Positions 46,868-56,481 of a DNA stretch of 64,000 nucleotides are shown piece by piece. The notes below the pieces were generated by a model that did no database searches, was not told the DNA's origin, and saw nothing but the letters and a program-made list of their open reading frames with translations. Origin of the DNA: a virus. The stretch lies in the IMG/VR virus record IMGVR_UViG_3300047157_000171. One strand, 5' to 3'. Each line of letters starts with the position of its first letter. Position 1 is the stretch's first letter. The position numbers and the translations under genes were made by a program.

Positions 46868-46875
46868 TATTTATA
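46868..46875 (+). promoter_or_regulatory. Putative late-promoter motif TATTTATA
   Basis: Intergenic, upstream of 46897. Confidence 0.45.
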
Positions 46876-46896
46876 GTATATAAACGACTGACTAAC

Positions 46897-48000
46897 ATGT
46901 GGAAAAACAAAACAGTAGATAAGATATTTAAGTACTTTGGGTACGACCCTTCGAGTAGTTTTACTAATGACGAAGAAAAGGCGACTAAACGTGCTTCGGC
47001 ATTAGCAAAAATGAGGGTATATGGTAAAATACCTAGTGACGTATTACAAAAAGTAATAGACTACGATGATACTCAAATTGCGCAAGAAAAACATGCTGCG
47101 GAACGTAAAAGAAGAGAAAGGGAAAGACTGTTAAATATTAGAAGAACAAAGGCTTCAAACAGAGAGAACGACTCTTTTTCTGACGATTTACGAGCTAAGG
47201 CACTATATCAATTCATAATGGATGAGGGGGAGTTAAGTTACGATGAGAATGATATTGATTCTTTTAAAAGTGAAAGAGAAGAGTTTCAACTTAAACTTAA
47301 AAAGGTTAAATCTAAATTAGAAAAACTAAACGGCTCAAACAATACATCAACTAAAGTCACAGATATGATTGATAAGTTAGAGATTATGGTGGACGAACTT
47401 GAATCTAAAATTGATGAGTTAACAGATGATATCGAAAGTGAAGATATATATGAGGTGTTATATGAAGATGACTGGGAACATTATGGGTTAAGACATTTTG
47501 AAACGGACTACGGGGATTATGCGGTTGGAATTGAAGATGAAGCTGAGTCAGCGGCTAAAGAAAGTATGACTAATCAAATAGATGACCTAGGAATTGAGGG
47601 GATTAGTGCTTGGGTTATTCAAAATAATTTAGATGATAAATCATTGGAAGAGGACTTAAAACAAAGTTACTATGAGTATTATAATGATGATGTTCGTTAT
47701 GACTTAGAAGGTTTTTTTTATGATTATGATGAAGACGATGAAGAAACACACCCGAGTGAGGAGGAAATTGAAGAGAAAGTTGATGAACTTGTGGATGATA
47801 GAGTTAGTGACTTGATGAATAATACAGATGAAGTATTTGGGGAATTAGGATATGACATTAAAGATTATGTTGATTTAGATGGTGTTGCTGAGGATATAAT
47901 ACAGAATGATGGGTTCGGTCATGTACTATCAGGGTATGATGGAGTTGAGAATATAGTCGAAATTGATGGTGTAGATTATCATATATATAGAACTAATTAA
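46897..48000 (+). CDS. Coiled-coil protein with very acidic C-terminal half
   Basis: C-terminal ~190 aa about one third D/E; ends DYVDLDGVAEDIIQNDGFGHVLSGYDGVE. Confidence 0.7.
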   Translation: MWKNKTVDKIFKYFGYDPSSSFTNDEEKATKRASALAKMRVYGKIPSDVLQKVIDYDDTQIAQEKHAAERKRRERERLLNIRRTKASNRENDSFSDDLRAKALYQFIMDEGELSYDENDIDSFKSEREEFQLKLKKVKSKLEKLNGSNNTSTKVTDMIDKLEIMVDELESKIDELTDDIESEDIYEVLYEDDWEHYGLRHFETDYGDYAVGIEDEAESAAKESMTNQIDDLGIEGISAWVIQNNLDDKSLEEDLKQSYYEYYNDDVRYDLEGFFYDYDEDDEETHPSEEEIEEKVDELVDDRVSDLMNNTDEVFGELGYDIKDYVDLDGVAEDIIQNDGFGHVLSGYDGVENIVEIDGVDYHIYRTN

Positions 48001-48001
48001 T

Positions 48002-48733
48002 ATGTTAAAAGAAGGAAGAAAAGAAACGTTAATCGCTAAGTATCCAACGTCTGAAGACTTATTGACAGATTACTTAACTAATTCAGAGATACATAAAAAG
48101 ACTAACTACAAATATGCTGATTGGTATCTAACTCAATACTTCGAAATTGGTAGTATGGAAGATATCCCTGAAATCGAAGATGGGGATGAGATAATAGAGA
48201 AATTCGATAAATACCGTAAAAATCTAGAAAAAAAAGATATTAACCAATACGAGACGATTGGGGAATTAGCTGATGTTATCAGTGACTACGAGAGGGACAA
48301 ATCCCCTAAAATTTCAGAATCGGAATCTATTAAATTAGTTGACAACGATGAAATAATCATTGTTAGACCTTTAACACACAGGTCGTCTTGTAAGTACGGT
48401 TCAGGGACTAAGTGGTGTACAACACACAAAGACACCAAGTATTTCAATCAATATGACGGTAAGGGTAATCTATATTACATACATAACAAACAGGTTGAGT
48501 CTGACAATCCGTTTTATAAGATAGCGGCCTTCGTCAGATACTCAGGACCTGAAGAATGGTACGATGCGTTAGATAAAAGAATGTCTGATGGTGAAGTTAA
48601 ATTGGCTAAGTTGTTAATTAAAAAGTCTTCATTAGATTTAATTAGAAATGACGTACAACAAACAATAGCTTCTATGAGTGTGCGGAAACACCTAATTTCC
48701 GTACAGAAGAATCAATGGTTAATAATGTTATAG
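48002..48733 (+). CDS. WCT-motif protein (paralogue of 11765..13216)
   Basis: KYADWYL..KKDINQY..IIVRPLTH.SSCKYGSGTKWCTT..YFNQY..LYYI. Confidence 0.7.
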   Translation: MLKEGRKETLIAKYPTSEDLLTDYLTNSEIHKKTNYKYADWYLTQYFEIGSMEDIPEIEDGDEIIEKFDKYRKNLEKKDINQYETIGELADVISDYERDKSPKISESESIKLVDNDEIIIVRPLTHRSSCKYGSGTKWCTTHKDTKYFNQYDGKGNLYYIHNKQVESDNPFYKIAAFVRYSGPEEWYDALDKRMSDGEVKLAKLLIKKSSLDLIRNDVQQTIASMSVRKHLISVQKNQWLIML

Positions 48734-49509
48734 AAACTTTAGAGGATAGATTAGACTTTAGTTATACGGTGGAAGAGACTAACAATCGTAAGTATGGGTA
48801 TGGTGAATTACCTCTTTGGTTTGAAGTTAACAGTGAGTTAGGTGAGGTTTTTGGTGGTACTATTTTGGAAACGTTTATGATTGGAACCAGTGATACTGAA
48901 AAACATAAGGGAGTGATTTTAGGTCAAATGAGGATAGATGTTAATGAAGATAGAAATGAATACAAAATTAGTTATCAAATAGATTCTACATCAGGTATTT
49001 TTGGAAGCGAAGGTGATGATGAAAGATACCCAATCTTAAGATATGTTAAAAAGACACATACCTATGGAATAAGAGGTGATAATTTTAACTTTAATAATTG
49101 GTATGAGACGTTAATTCGTTTCAGCAAGAAATTAGTTAATAATCCAGTAACGTTGAAGGCAATTACCGATAAAGTTTTTTGGTCTTCAAACAATGTTATG
49201 TCTACTTATAAATTTAATCGTAGAGGACCATTAACCAATAGTATGATAAAATACTTAGACGGTTTAGGTGGTAAGTTAGGAAGTAAAAAAGATTTTCTTA
49301 TTAAGAGTGGTAAAGTTAAGAAAGGTAATAATGGTGAATTCACATCACCAAACGGTGAATATCTTAATATTGGTGGTTACTTCTCAACATTCTTTGCTTC
49401 ACTTAAAGACGCAGGTATCATTAAATATGTTAGAGAAGGTAGAAGATTTATGATTACCAAAGGTGATAACTATAAAGCATTTAAAGAGGGTAAATTAAGA
49501 AGAGTATGA
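48715..49509 (+). CDS. Hypothetical protein; may be the frameshifted C-terminal half of 48002
   Basis: Reading frame open from 48652; C-terminus (YFSTFFASLKDAGIIKY) looks winged-helix-like. Confidence 0.6.
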   Translation: MVNNVIETLEDRLDFSYTVEETNNRKYGYGELPLWFEVNSELGEVFGGTILETFMIGTSDTEKHKGVILGQMRIDVNEDRNEYKISYQIDSTSGIFGSEGDDERYPILRYVKKTHTYGIRGDNFNFNNWYETLIRFSKKLVNNPVTLKAITDKVFWSSNNVMSTYKFNRRGPLTNSMIKYLDGLGGKLGSKKDFLIKSGKVKKGNNGEFTSPNGEYLNIGGYFSTFFASLKDAGIIKYVREGRRFMITKGDNYKAFKEGKLRRV

Positions 49510-50201
49510 TAATAGATTGGTTAGAGAAGGGTCCTTTAGATTTAGAATACAAACAATATAAATTATTAGCGTATCTAAAAGAGGTGGACCAAGATTGGAA
49601 TCAATACTTATTATACCCACATTTAACAAACGTTGTCGAGTACAATAGATTATTAAACCTTATCTCAAAAAACAAATCAGAAATTGAAGAGTTATTTCCA
49701 AAAGAAATGGTTGGGATTGACTTAGAAACTAAAAAGATTATTTACGAAGTTAAACAACAACCCAATGAAAAGATGGGGGAAGATATTCAAGAGATTATTG
49801 AATGGGGTATTAGTAGATTAGACGAATATAGTCAGATTGGTATTATCATATATGAAGACATTGCTGAGGACATAATAGTTGAAAGAGTTGGGTTAGAAAG
49901 TAACGTAAAGGATGAAGGTTATATAATATTCAATGGTGATACTGTCAATGTGTACTACTTTAATATCGGAAGAATTATAATGGATGTTGATGGGGGTAGA
50001 TTTCTATTTACTAAGAAGATTAAGGAGTTTAAAAGAAAAAAATTTCAAACAACTAACGACATAAAGTTAGAGATTTTAAAAGAGGGTTCTCACTTGTCAG
50101 TACCTGAATTCTATAGTGTTGAGGGACATAGACCATATCCGTTAGAGGAGACTGTACTACCTATGGTTAAAAGAAAAATAATGGTATACTCTAAGAATTA
50201 G
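49506..50201 (+). CDS. Conserved hypothetical protein of Bacteroidota type
   Basis: DWLEKGPLDLEYKQYKLLAYLK..LYPHL..VGL..KDEGY pattern, recalled from Bacteroidota hypotheticals. Confidence 0.6.
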   Translation: MIIDWLEKGPLDLEYKQYKLLAYLKEVDQDWNQYLLYPHLTNVVEYNRLLNLISKNKSEIEELFPKEMVGIDLETKKIIYEVKQQPNEKMGEDIQEIIEWGISRLDEYSQIGIIIYEDIAEDIIVERVGLESNVKDEGYIIFNGDTVNVYYFNIGRIIMDVDGGRFLFTKKIKEFKRKKFQTTNDIKLEILKEGSHLSVPEFYSVEGHRPYPLEETVLPMVKRKIMVYSKN

Positions 50202-50212
50202 TGGTTACTATA

Positions 50213-50220
50213 TATTTATT
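50213..50220 (+). promoter_or_regulatory. Putative late-promoter motif TATTTATT
   Basis: Immediately before the holin-like gene. Confidence 0.45.
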
Positions 50221-50223
50221 AGT

Positions 50224-50502
50224 ATGAAAAAGATGTTTACAGGTATTAAAAATTGGATGAGAGACCTTTTAAAAGATGGTGATGGAGCACCGTCATCTAA
50301 AAGAATTATGGGTCTATTGTCAGGTATTAGTTTATGTGTGGCATTGTTCTTAAATGTTATCTTAGGAAAACCTGTTGATTCTACTTTAGTAAATGCGGTC
50401 GCTGCTTTAGCGTTCGGAACATTAGGGTTAACATCGGTTGAAAAAGTATGGTCATCTAAAAAAAGTGATGACAAAAAAGAAGATACTCCATCTCAGGAGT
50501 AA
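50224..50502 (+). CDS. Holin-like two-TM protein
   Basis: DGAPSSKR, then two TM helices and a charged C-terminal tail. Confidence 0.55.
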   Translation: MKKMFTGIKNWMRDLLKDGDGAPSSKRIMGLLSGISLCVALFLNVILGKPVDSTLVNAVAALAFGTLGLTSVEKVWSSKKSDDKKEDTPSQE

Positions 50503-50515
50503 GACTACAACAAAT

Positions 50516-50546
50516 TTTGATTTTTAAAATAAAATCTGTATCTTTG
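50516..50546 (+). promoter_or_regulatory. Bacteroidota-type promoter TTTG-N19-TATCTTTG
   Basis: Consensus elements upstream of 50569. Confidence 0.7.
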
Positions 50547-50568
50547 TATTCTAAAGAATAGATAAGAT

Positions 50569-50886
50569 ATGGATAGTATATATGCGAGTTTACCACACCC
50601 AGATGATTTCGAAGAATATTTGAATGATAATAAGGAGTGGTATTTTAATTTGTGTTACACAAAAATAAAAGACAATTTTAAGGGGGATAAACTTGAAACT
50701 GTCGAATTAATGACATTCACCTTTGAGGATGATGAGAGTACTGTGTATGATATCACAGTAAGTCAAGAAGACTTCATTCTGAATTTAGGGAATTGTTTGA
50801 AACACTATGAAGAAATTGAAGATTATGCTACTTGTGCAAACGTAAATAAATTAATTAAAGAAATTAGTGAATATTATGGACTATAA
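50569..50886 (+). CDS. Hypothetical protein
   Basis: 105 aa; C-terminal hairpin EEIEDYATCA. Confidence 0.65.
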   Translation: MDSIYASLPHPDDFEEYLNDNKEWYFNLCYTKIKDNFKGDKLETVELMTFTFEDDESTVYDITVSQEDFILNLGNCLKHYEEIEDYATCANVNKLIKEISEYYGL

Positions 50887-51163
50887 CGATTCGTTTACCT
50901 TTTATAAATTGATGATTTCAACCCCCATTGCTGAGGAAATTAAAGTATGGAGAATTGAAGAGGATAATTCTTTCCGTAAGATTCATGAAAGATTTCAAAA
51001 GAAATATGTTAACAAAGAACAATGGTTCGTTAATACTGCGTTGTCTGAAATGAGTGATTCGTTTCCTTCACCACATGGTAAACAACTTGATGGTGCGATG
51101 ATATGTGAGTTAGCGATGGATAAATTAGGTGATGAAGGTAAATCAGAGGGTTGGTACTATTAA
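50867..51163 (+). CDS. Hypothetical protein
   Basis: 98-aa ORF. Confidence 0.6.
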   Translation: MNIMDYNDSFTFYKLMISTPIAEEIKVWRIEEDNSFRKIHERFQKKYVNKEQWFVNTALSEMSDSFPSPHGKQLDGAMICELAMDKLGDEGKSEGWYY

Positions 51164-51263
51164 GTTATAATGAAGGTAATTAAAATAATATTGTTCATTA
51201 TTGTTGAAAGATACAAAGAGTATAAAAAAAATAAGAGAAAATCGATTTGGGATTTATAGATGT

Positions 51264-51500
51264 ATGAAAATAGAAGATATTGATAGGATTATAGAAATGG
51301 CTTGGGAGGATAGAACTCCCTTTGAAGCGATAGAGTTCCAATTTGGTATTAAAGAGAATGATGTTCGTAAGATAATGAGAACACACTTAAAAGAATCGTC
51401 CTTCAAACTATGGAGAAAACGAGTAAAGGGAAGAAAAACAAAACACAGTAAAACAAGTCTGTCATCAATGGACAGGTTTAAATCAAAAAATCAAAAGTAA
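51264..51500 (+). CDS. DUF2805/TIGR03643 family protein
   Basis: IDRIIEMAWEDRTPFEAIEFQFG..E..VRKIMR..LK.SSFKLWRKRV.GRKTKH; start moved to ATG 51264. Confidence 0.85.
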   Translation: MKIEDIDRIIEMAWEDRTPFEAIEFQFGIKENDVRKIMRTHLKESSFKLWRKRVKGRKTKHSKTSLSSMDRFKSKNQK

Positions 51501-51778
51501 TGAGTTTATTAGCAGGATTAAGTTTAATCTTAGGATTAACACTATTAACGTTTGTGGTTAATTTTTTATTTGACTACACAAAAGAATTTCCAATTGCGTT
51601 AGTTGGTGTTATGATTTTCGGTGATATTATTTTAGTTGCGTTATGGTATCAAATAGGGCTTGAGTTTATCACGGATATAAGTAAATTTAAAATTGGTATG
51701 AGTATATCGTTTATGATTATGTCTTTTGCTAGAGCATTGATATTTTTCATATACGGTAAAAAAAGAGGTTGGGTATAA
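51500..51778 (+). CDS. Three-TM membrane protein
   Basis: Three hydrophobic segments. Confidence 0.65.
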   Translation: MSLLAGLSLILGLTLLTFVVNFLFDYTKEFPIALVGVMIFGDIILVALWYQIGLEFITDISKFKIGMSISFMIMSFARALIFFIYGKKRGWV

Positions 51779-51782
51779 TAAT

Positions 51783-51968
51783 ATGGGTTTAGAATCTAAA
51801 GAGTGGTTAGAAAAAAATGAGTGGCCTGATATTCCTGTTGACAGTGATGCGTATTCACACTACACACACTTATCAGAATTATTAGACCAATTCGGTAAAG
51901 AATACCATCAAAAACAATTGGTTAAGTGGGCGATTGTTGAAAAAAGTAAATTTAAAAAATTCTTATAA
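51783..51968 (+). CDS. Hypothetical protein
   Basis: 61-aa ORF filling the gap between neighbours. Confidence 0.55.
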   Translation: MGLESKEWLEKNEWPDIPVDSDAYSHYTHLSELLDQFGKEYHQKQLVKWAIVEKSKFKKFL

Positions 51969-51971
51969 AAT

Positions 51972-52775
51972 ATGGAGTATAAATTAAGTTACCGAGGGTG
52001 GGAGAATATATTCTTAGAGTATTATATAACAACAAATTGCAACTTAAACTGTGCATCGTGTTCTACGTTTTCTCCATTGGTGAAAGGTACGACACATATT
52101 GACTTAGAGGTTATTAAGTCAGAGACGGAAAAGATGTATAGAATTACCAACAATGGTAAAAATATATATCGATTAGTTTTGATGGGAGGGGAACCACTTA
52201 TGCACCCTAACATTAATGAAATCATTACTCATTTTGGTGAGTTAAACGTACCGATTAGGATAGTGACAAATGGTATACTTATTCCAACTAAGAAAGGAGA
52301 GTTTTTCGAATTACTAAAGAAATATAATGTCGAATTTATTATCTCTATATACCCTAAGATAAAGTATGAGAAGATATTTAAAAAATTAGAAGAGTATGGT
52401 TGTGTTTATGGGAAGTTTACATACTTAGGTGACGAGTCATGGGGAAGTCAGTTTCTTCATAGAGAGAAAAAGGGGGTTACGGATTGTAGGTATCGTGGGA
52501 ACGTATATATCCTTAAAGATAATAAGATATTTACTTGTTCTGAAACTGCTTTTTTTGATATCTTTGACGAAACATTCAAAGGAGAACACGATTTAAAAAT
52601 AACCAAAGATGATTATGTTGACTTAGACGATATTGAGACCTTAGAGGAATTAATGGAGGCTAGAAAAACAATCCCACCGTTATGTGAGTATTGTGATGGA
52701 AGTATTAAAAAGGGAGGTAAATGGACGATGTCCAATAATAGTATAGATGAATGGTTAACACCTAAAAAAAAATAG
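51972..52775 (+). CDS. Radical SAM protein
   Basis: CNLNCASC, MGGEPLMHP, IVTNG; C-terminal Cys residues (C..C..CEYC) suggest a Twitch/SPASM-like extension. Confidence 0.9.
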   Translation: MEYKLSYRGWENIFLEYYITTNCNLNCASCSTFSPLVKGTTHIDLEVIKSETEKMYRITNNGKNIYRLVLMGGEPLMHPNINEIITHFGELNVPIRIVTNGILIPTKKGEFFELLKKYNVEFIISIYPKIKYEKIFKKLEEYGCVYGKFTYLGDESWGSQFLHREKKGVTDCRYRGNVYILKDNKIFTCSETAFFDIFDETFKGEHDLKITKDDYVDLDDIETLEELMEARKTIPPLCEYCDGSIKKGGKWTMSNNSIDEWLTPKKK

Positions 52776-53081
52776 ATGAGTAAGAAAAAAGAGTTGCCTA
52801 CGAACTATCCGATACTGAATAAGATGTTTAGTATCTTTGTTTTAGATAAGAAATTAACGCCATTAGAGAGGTTAGGAAACCGATTAGGGTATATGGGTAG
52901 TGCGTTCATTATGATGTCACCTTACCTATTACCATACGATAATATTGGTGCTTATACTTACTTATTAGGTGCGGTGTTTTCCCTACCCCAAGTATGGATA
53001 GCAAAACAATGGAACTTAGTAATGATAAATTTAAATTTATTGTTAGGTTACGGACTTTATATTTACAACTCAATTTACTAA
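52776..53081 (+). CDS. Small multi-pass membrane protein
   Basis: Three TM segments; LPQVWIAKQWNLV. Confidence 0.6.
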   Translation: MSKKKELPTNYPILNKMFSIFVLDKKLTPLERLGNRLGYMGSAFIMMSPYLLPYDNIGAYTYLLGAVFSLPQVWIAKQWNLVMINLNLLLGYGLYIYNSIY

Positions 53082-53100
53082 TATTAAAAAAAGACACGAA

Positions 53101-53679
53101 ATGAAAAACCTTATTGTAATCGCTCATCCTGACAAAAATAGTTTTTGTTATAATGGTATCTATAAAACCATTGAAGAATCTTTAAATGTTGATGGGGAAG
53201 AGAGTAAGGTCATTGATTTATATCGAGATGAGTTTCATTCTTCAGATAGGAAAGAATTGATTAGTGGATATAAAGATTTGGTTACGTGGTCCGATAGGAT
53301 TTATTTTGTTTCACCTGTATGGTGGTTCAGATTAACACCGAGATTGGAAGTGTTTTTTGATGAGGTATTCACACCTGGTTTTGCGTATCAGTTTGTTCCA
53401 ATCATTGGTAAGTACGCATACCCTAAACCATTCCTCAAAGATAAGAAGGTTAGAACTTACATCACTCACGGGGCACCATCATTACCTGTTAGAACATTAT
53501 ACCTTAATTCGGTTAAGTTACGATTGGTTATGGGGGTATTCACGTTTGTGTTTGGATGGAAACCATCAAGGTGGTTTAAAACAAAACAATTTTGGTCAGT
53601 TCCTTTTGTTACGGATAAGAAACGTAAGAAATATTTAGAGGTGGTTAAAAAAGACATTAAAAGAGATTTAAAAAAATAA
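53101..53679 (+). CDS. NAD(P)H-dependent oxidoreductase, flavodoxin-like fold (KefF/NqrA type)
   Basis: LIVIAHPDKNSF, DLY, SPVWWFRLTPRL..FFDEVFTPGFAY. Confidence 0.9.
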   Translation: MKNLIVIAHPDKNSFCYNGIYKTIEESLNVDGEESKVIDLYRDEFHSSDRKELISGYKDLVTWSDRIYFVSPVWWFRLTPRLEVFFDEVFTPGFAYQFVPIIGKYAYPKPFLKDKKVRTYITHGAPSLPVRTLYLNSVKLRLVMGVFTFVFGWKPSRWFKTKQFWSVPFVTDKKRKKYLEVVKKDIKRDLKK

Positions 53680-53681
53680 AA

Positions 53682-53909
53682 ATGGAAAAAGGATTTTGGG
53701 CAGGATTACTGTCGTTTGTATTGGCTAAAGTAGCCCACTTAATTATTACAGGAACTATTGGTTTCATAATTGGTATGAGTTATGCTCAGACACCTGAAGA
53801 TATGCCATGGGGGTTTATTAGAGTTATTGATAATCCAATTACAGGGATTATATTCTTAATTTTTGCTACTAAATTCATATATGGTAAATTGACAACTAAG
53901 AATGGGTAA
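53682..53909 (+). CDS. Small membrane protein
   Basis: Two hydrophobic segments. Confidence 0.6.
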   Translation: MEKGFWAGLLSFVLAKVAHLIITGTIGFIIGMSYAQTPEDMPWGFIRVIDNPITGIIFLIFATKFIYGKLTTKNG

Positions 53910-54948
53910 TATAGATAAGCAATATCAAAGGTTACTATCTGACATCATTGAAAATGGTGTTGATAAGAAAGACCGTACAGGTACTGGTACTATTTCGGTG
54001 TTTGGTCGTCAGATAAGACACAACATGAGTGAAGGATTTCCTTTACTAACCACAAAGAAGATGGCAGTTAAAACTATGATGACTGAATTGAAGTGGTTTC
54101 TAAAAGGAGATACTAATATTAAATACTTAGTTGATAACAATTGTCATATTTGGGATGGTGATGCTTATAAAGCATTTAAGAGTACATTTTCGCCAATGCC
54201 CGGCATTCAATCATCTTTACCTAGTCAAGATGAATTTATCAACAAAATCAAAACCAATAATGAGTTTGCTCAGAAGTGGGGAGAGTTAGGACCTATATAT
54301 GGTAATCAATGGAGAGAGTGGGGTTCTAAGTATGAAACTAATTATATATTAGGTACACGAAAAAGAGTTAAGCCAGGCATCGACCAAATTGTAAAACTTA
54401 TTGATAATCTAAAGAACAATCCTGATAGTAGAAGATTGATGGTATCAGCATGGAATGTTGATGAAATTGATAATGTAGTTCTTCCTCCGTGTCATTATGG
54501 GTTCCAAGTTTATACTGAAGAACTTAGTTTTGATGAGAGAGTTAAATATTGGGTTAGTTCTATAGGTAAGAGTCTATCTTACGCAAAACGTATGACCGAT
54601 ATTGATTTAGACGAACGAGGTGTTCCTAAAAGAAAATTATCTTTAATGTGGAATCAAAGAAGTTGTGATACTTTCTTAGGTATTCCATTTAACATATCCT
54701 CATACGGTACTTTATTAGTCTTAATAGCTAAAGAAGTGAATATGGTTCATGGTGAACTAATTGGTAACTTAGGTGATGTACATTTATATAAGAATCACAT
54801 CCAACAAGCAAAAGAGCAGATTTTGAGAGAACCGTATAATTTACCAACAATTGAGTTTAGTAATGTAGATTTATTAGGTGGTGAATGGGATTATAAACTT
54901 AATGATTATGAATATCATCCAACTATAAAAGCACCTTTAAGTAATTAA
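53902..54948 (+). CDS. thyA: Thymidylate synthase (with insertions)
   Basis: DRTGTGT, FPLLTTKK, ELKWFLKG, LGPIYG.QWR, SRR..SAWN, LPPCH, QRSCD.FLGIPFNISSY, GDVHLYKNH. Confidence 0.97.
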   Translation: MGNIDKQYQRLLSDIIENGVDKKDRTGTGTISVFGRQIRHNMSEGFPLLTTKKMAVKTMMTELKWFLKGDTNIKYLVDNNCHIWDGDAYKAFKSTFSPMPGIQSSLPSQDEFINKIKTNNEFAQKWGELGPIYGNQWREWGSKYETNYILGTRKRVKPGIDQIVKLIDNLKNNPDSRRLMVSAWNVDEIDNVVLPPCHYGFQVYTEELSFDERVKYWVSSIGKSLSYAKRMTDIDLDERGVPKRKLSLMWNQRSCDTFLGIPFNISSYGTLLVLIAKEVNMVHGELIGNLGDVHLYKNHIQQAKEQILREPYNLPTIEFSNVDLLGGEWDYKLNDYEYHPTIKAPLSN

Positions 54949-55101
54949 TAAATGAATAATATGGTTATTAAGAAATTAAAAAAAATAATTAAGACTTATA
55001 TGAGTCTTTTATTGGATGGGTACAGACCATCAAAGAATCACAAAGAATAATTTAGAATATCATAAAATATTTATGTATATTTGTAATATAAAATAAAAAC
55101 T

Positions 55102-55275
55102 ATGAAAAGAGAAATATACGGAAGTTGGATTGGGGGAGTCTGTGGAGGACTTGCTAATTATATTGGTATTAATACTGGTATATTGAGAGTTTTAACGGTA
55201 ATAAGTGCATTACTTAGTTTCGGTTGGACAATATTGATATATTTAATAATGTGGTTTATTATACCATCAGAATAA
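55102..55275 (+). CDS. pspC: PspC-domain protein (57 aa, not in ORF track)
   Basis: MKREIYGSWIGGVCGGLANYIGINTGILRVLTVISALLSFGWTILIYLIMWFIIPSE. Confidence 0.85.
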   Translation: MKREIYGSWIGGVCGGLANYIGINTGILRVLTVISALLSFGWTILIYLIMWFIIPSE

Positions 55276-55332
55276 AAATTAAGTTTACTTAGGGGTTTAT
55301 ACCTCCTATTATATAAAAAACACAATTCACTT

Positions 55333-56481
55333 ATGCCAAAGAATGGAAAGATAAATATAGGGGTTTCCTTATATATTAAAAAAGAGAATGACTCAATATT
55401 CTCTAACGGTATCAAACAAAACGTATTGATGTTCGTTAAATTATTAAAACAATCAAAGAAATTTAATGAAGTTTATATTATTAACGTAGGTGACGGAGAC
55501 GACCCTTCAATGTTAATGATGGATGACGTAGATGCTAAAGTGGTTAGGTTTAAAGATGTCGAAGATGAGATTGACTTCCTAATTGAGTTAGGTGCTCAAA
55601 CAGGTTCCAAAATTACTGATAAGGTAAAGGCGAACGGTGGTAAAGTTGTTGCTTATAAAGGTGGAAACGATTGGTGGATTGATACTGAGAGAACTTTATT
55701 TGGTTTAACCCCTGGTGCGGTCTTTATCGGTATTGAATATGATGCTATATGGACAACTCCACAACACATCAACACTAACCAACACTATTTTAGATTAGCG
55801 TATGATACCGAGGTAAAAGAGGTACCACATATTTGGGACCCATTCTTTATTGATAAGATTATTGGACAGTGTAAGAAACCATTTGGATATCAACCTGGTA
55901 AAACTAAATGGAACATAGGGGTCTTTGAACCTAACATCAATATGGTTAAGACTTGTCACTATCCTATGTTAATTATGGAAGATACTTACAGACACCTTAA
56001 AAGAGAATTGGGTAAAGAAGAAGCGGACCACAAAATGGGGGACATCTTTGTGACCAATGCTTTGAAGATTAAGGATAATGAGATATTCCGTCACTTCTCA
56101 AACACTTTAGATATTGTTAAAGATAATAAAGCATCGTTTGAAGCACGTTATAAGTTACCGTGGTTTATGAGTGAACACGTTGATGCGGTTGTTTCATGGC
56201 AAATGGAGAACGCACTTAACTATATGTGGTATGATGTTTTATATGGTAACTATCCGTTAATTCACAATGCTCACTTTATTAAAGATGCGGGATACTACTA
56301 CGAAGGTTTTGATGTTACAATGGGTAAAGAGAAGTTGTTAGAAGCTTTTGAGACTCATGATGAGAACTTTGAACAATACAAAAAACAATCTAAAGAGACT
56401 ATATGGGAACACTCTTCAATTAATCCTAAGAATGTGGAGTATCATGAAGATTTGATTTTAGAATTATACGAGAAAAAGTAA
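55333..56481 (+). CDS. DUF2827 family protein (putative GT-B glycosyltransferase)
   Basis: SIFSNGIKQN, IELGAQ, PHIWDPFFI, EPNINMVKT..PML, DAVVSWQ.ENALNY.W.DVLYG.YPLIHNA..IKDAGYYY..FD. Confidence 0.8.
   Translation: MPKNGKINIGVSLYIKKENDSIFSNGIKQNVLMFVKLLKQSKKFNEVYIINVGDGDDPSMLMMDDVDAKVVRFKDVEDEIDFLIELGAQTGSKITDKVKANGGKVVAYKGGNDWWIDTERTLFGLTPGAVFIGIEYDAIWTTPQHINTNQHYFRLAYDTEVKEVPHIWDPFFIDKIIGQCKKPFGYQPGKTKWNIGVFEPNINMVKTCHYPMLIMEDTYRHLKRELGKEEADHKMGDIFVTNALKIKDNEIFRHFSNTLDIVKDNKASFEARYKLPWFMSEHVDAVVSWQMENALNYMWYDVLYGNYPLIHNAHFIKDAGYYYEGFDVTMGKEKLLEAFETHDENFEQYKKQSKETIWEHSSINPKNVEYHEDLILELYEKK

Noticed and set aside
54952-55050. Tiny ORFs 54952..55050 and 51170..51259
   Set aside because: They fill gaps and may be real, but at 32 and 29 aa with no motif there is too little support to list them as features.
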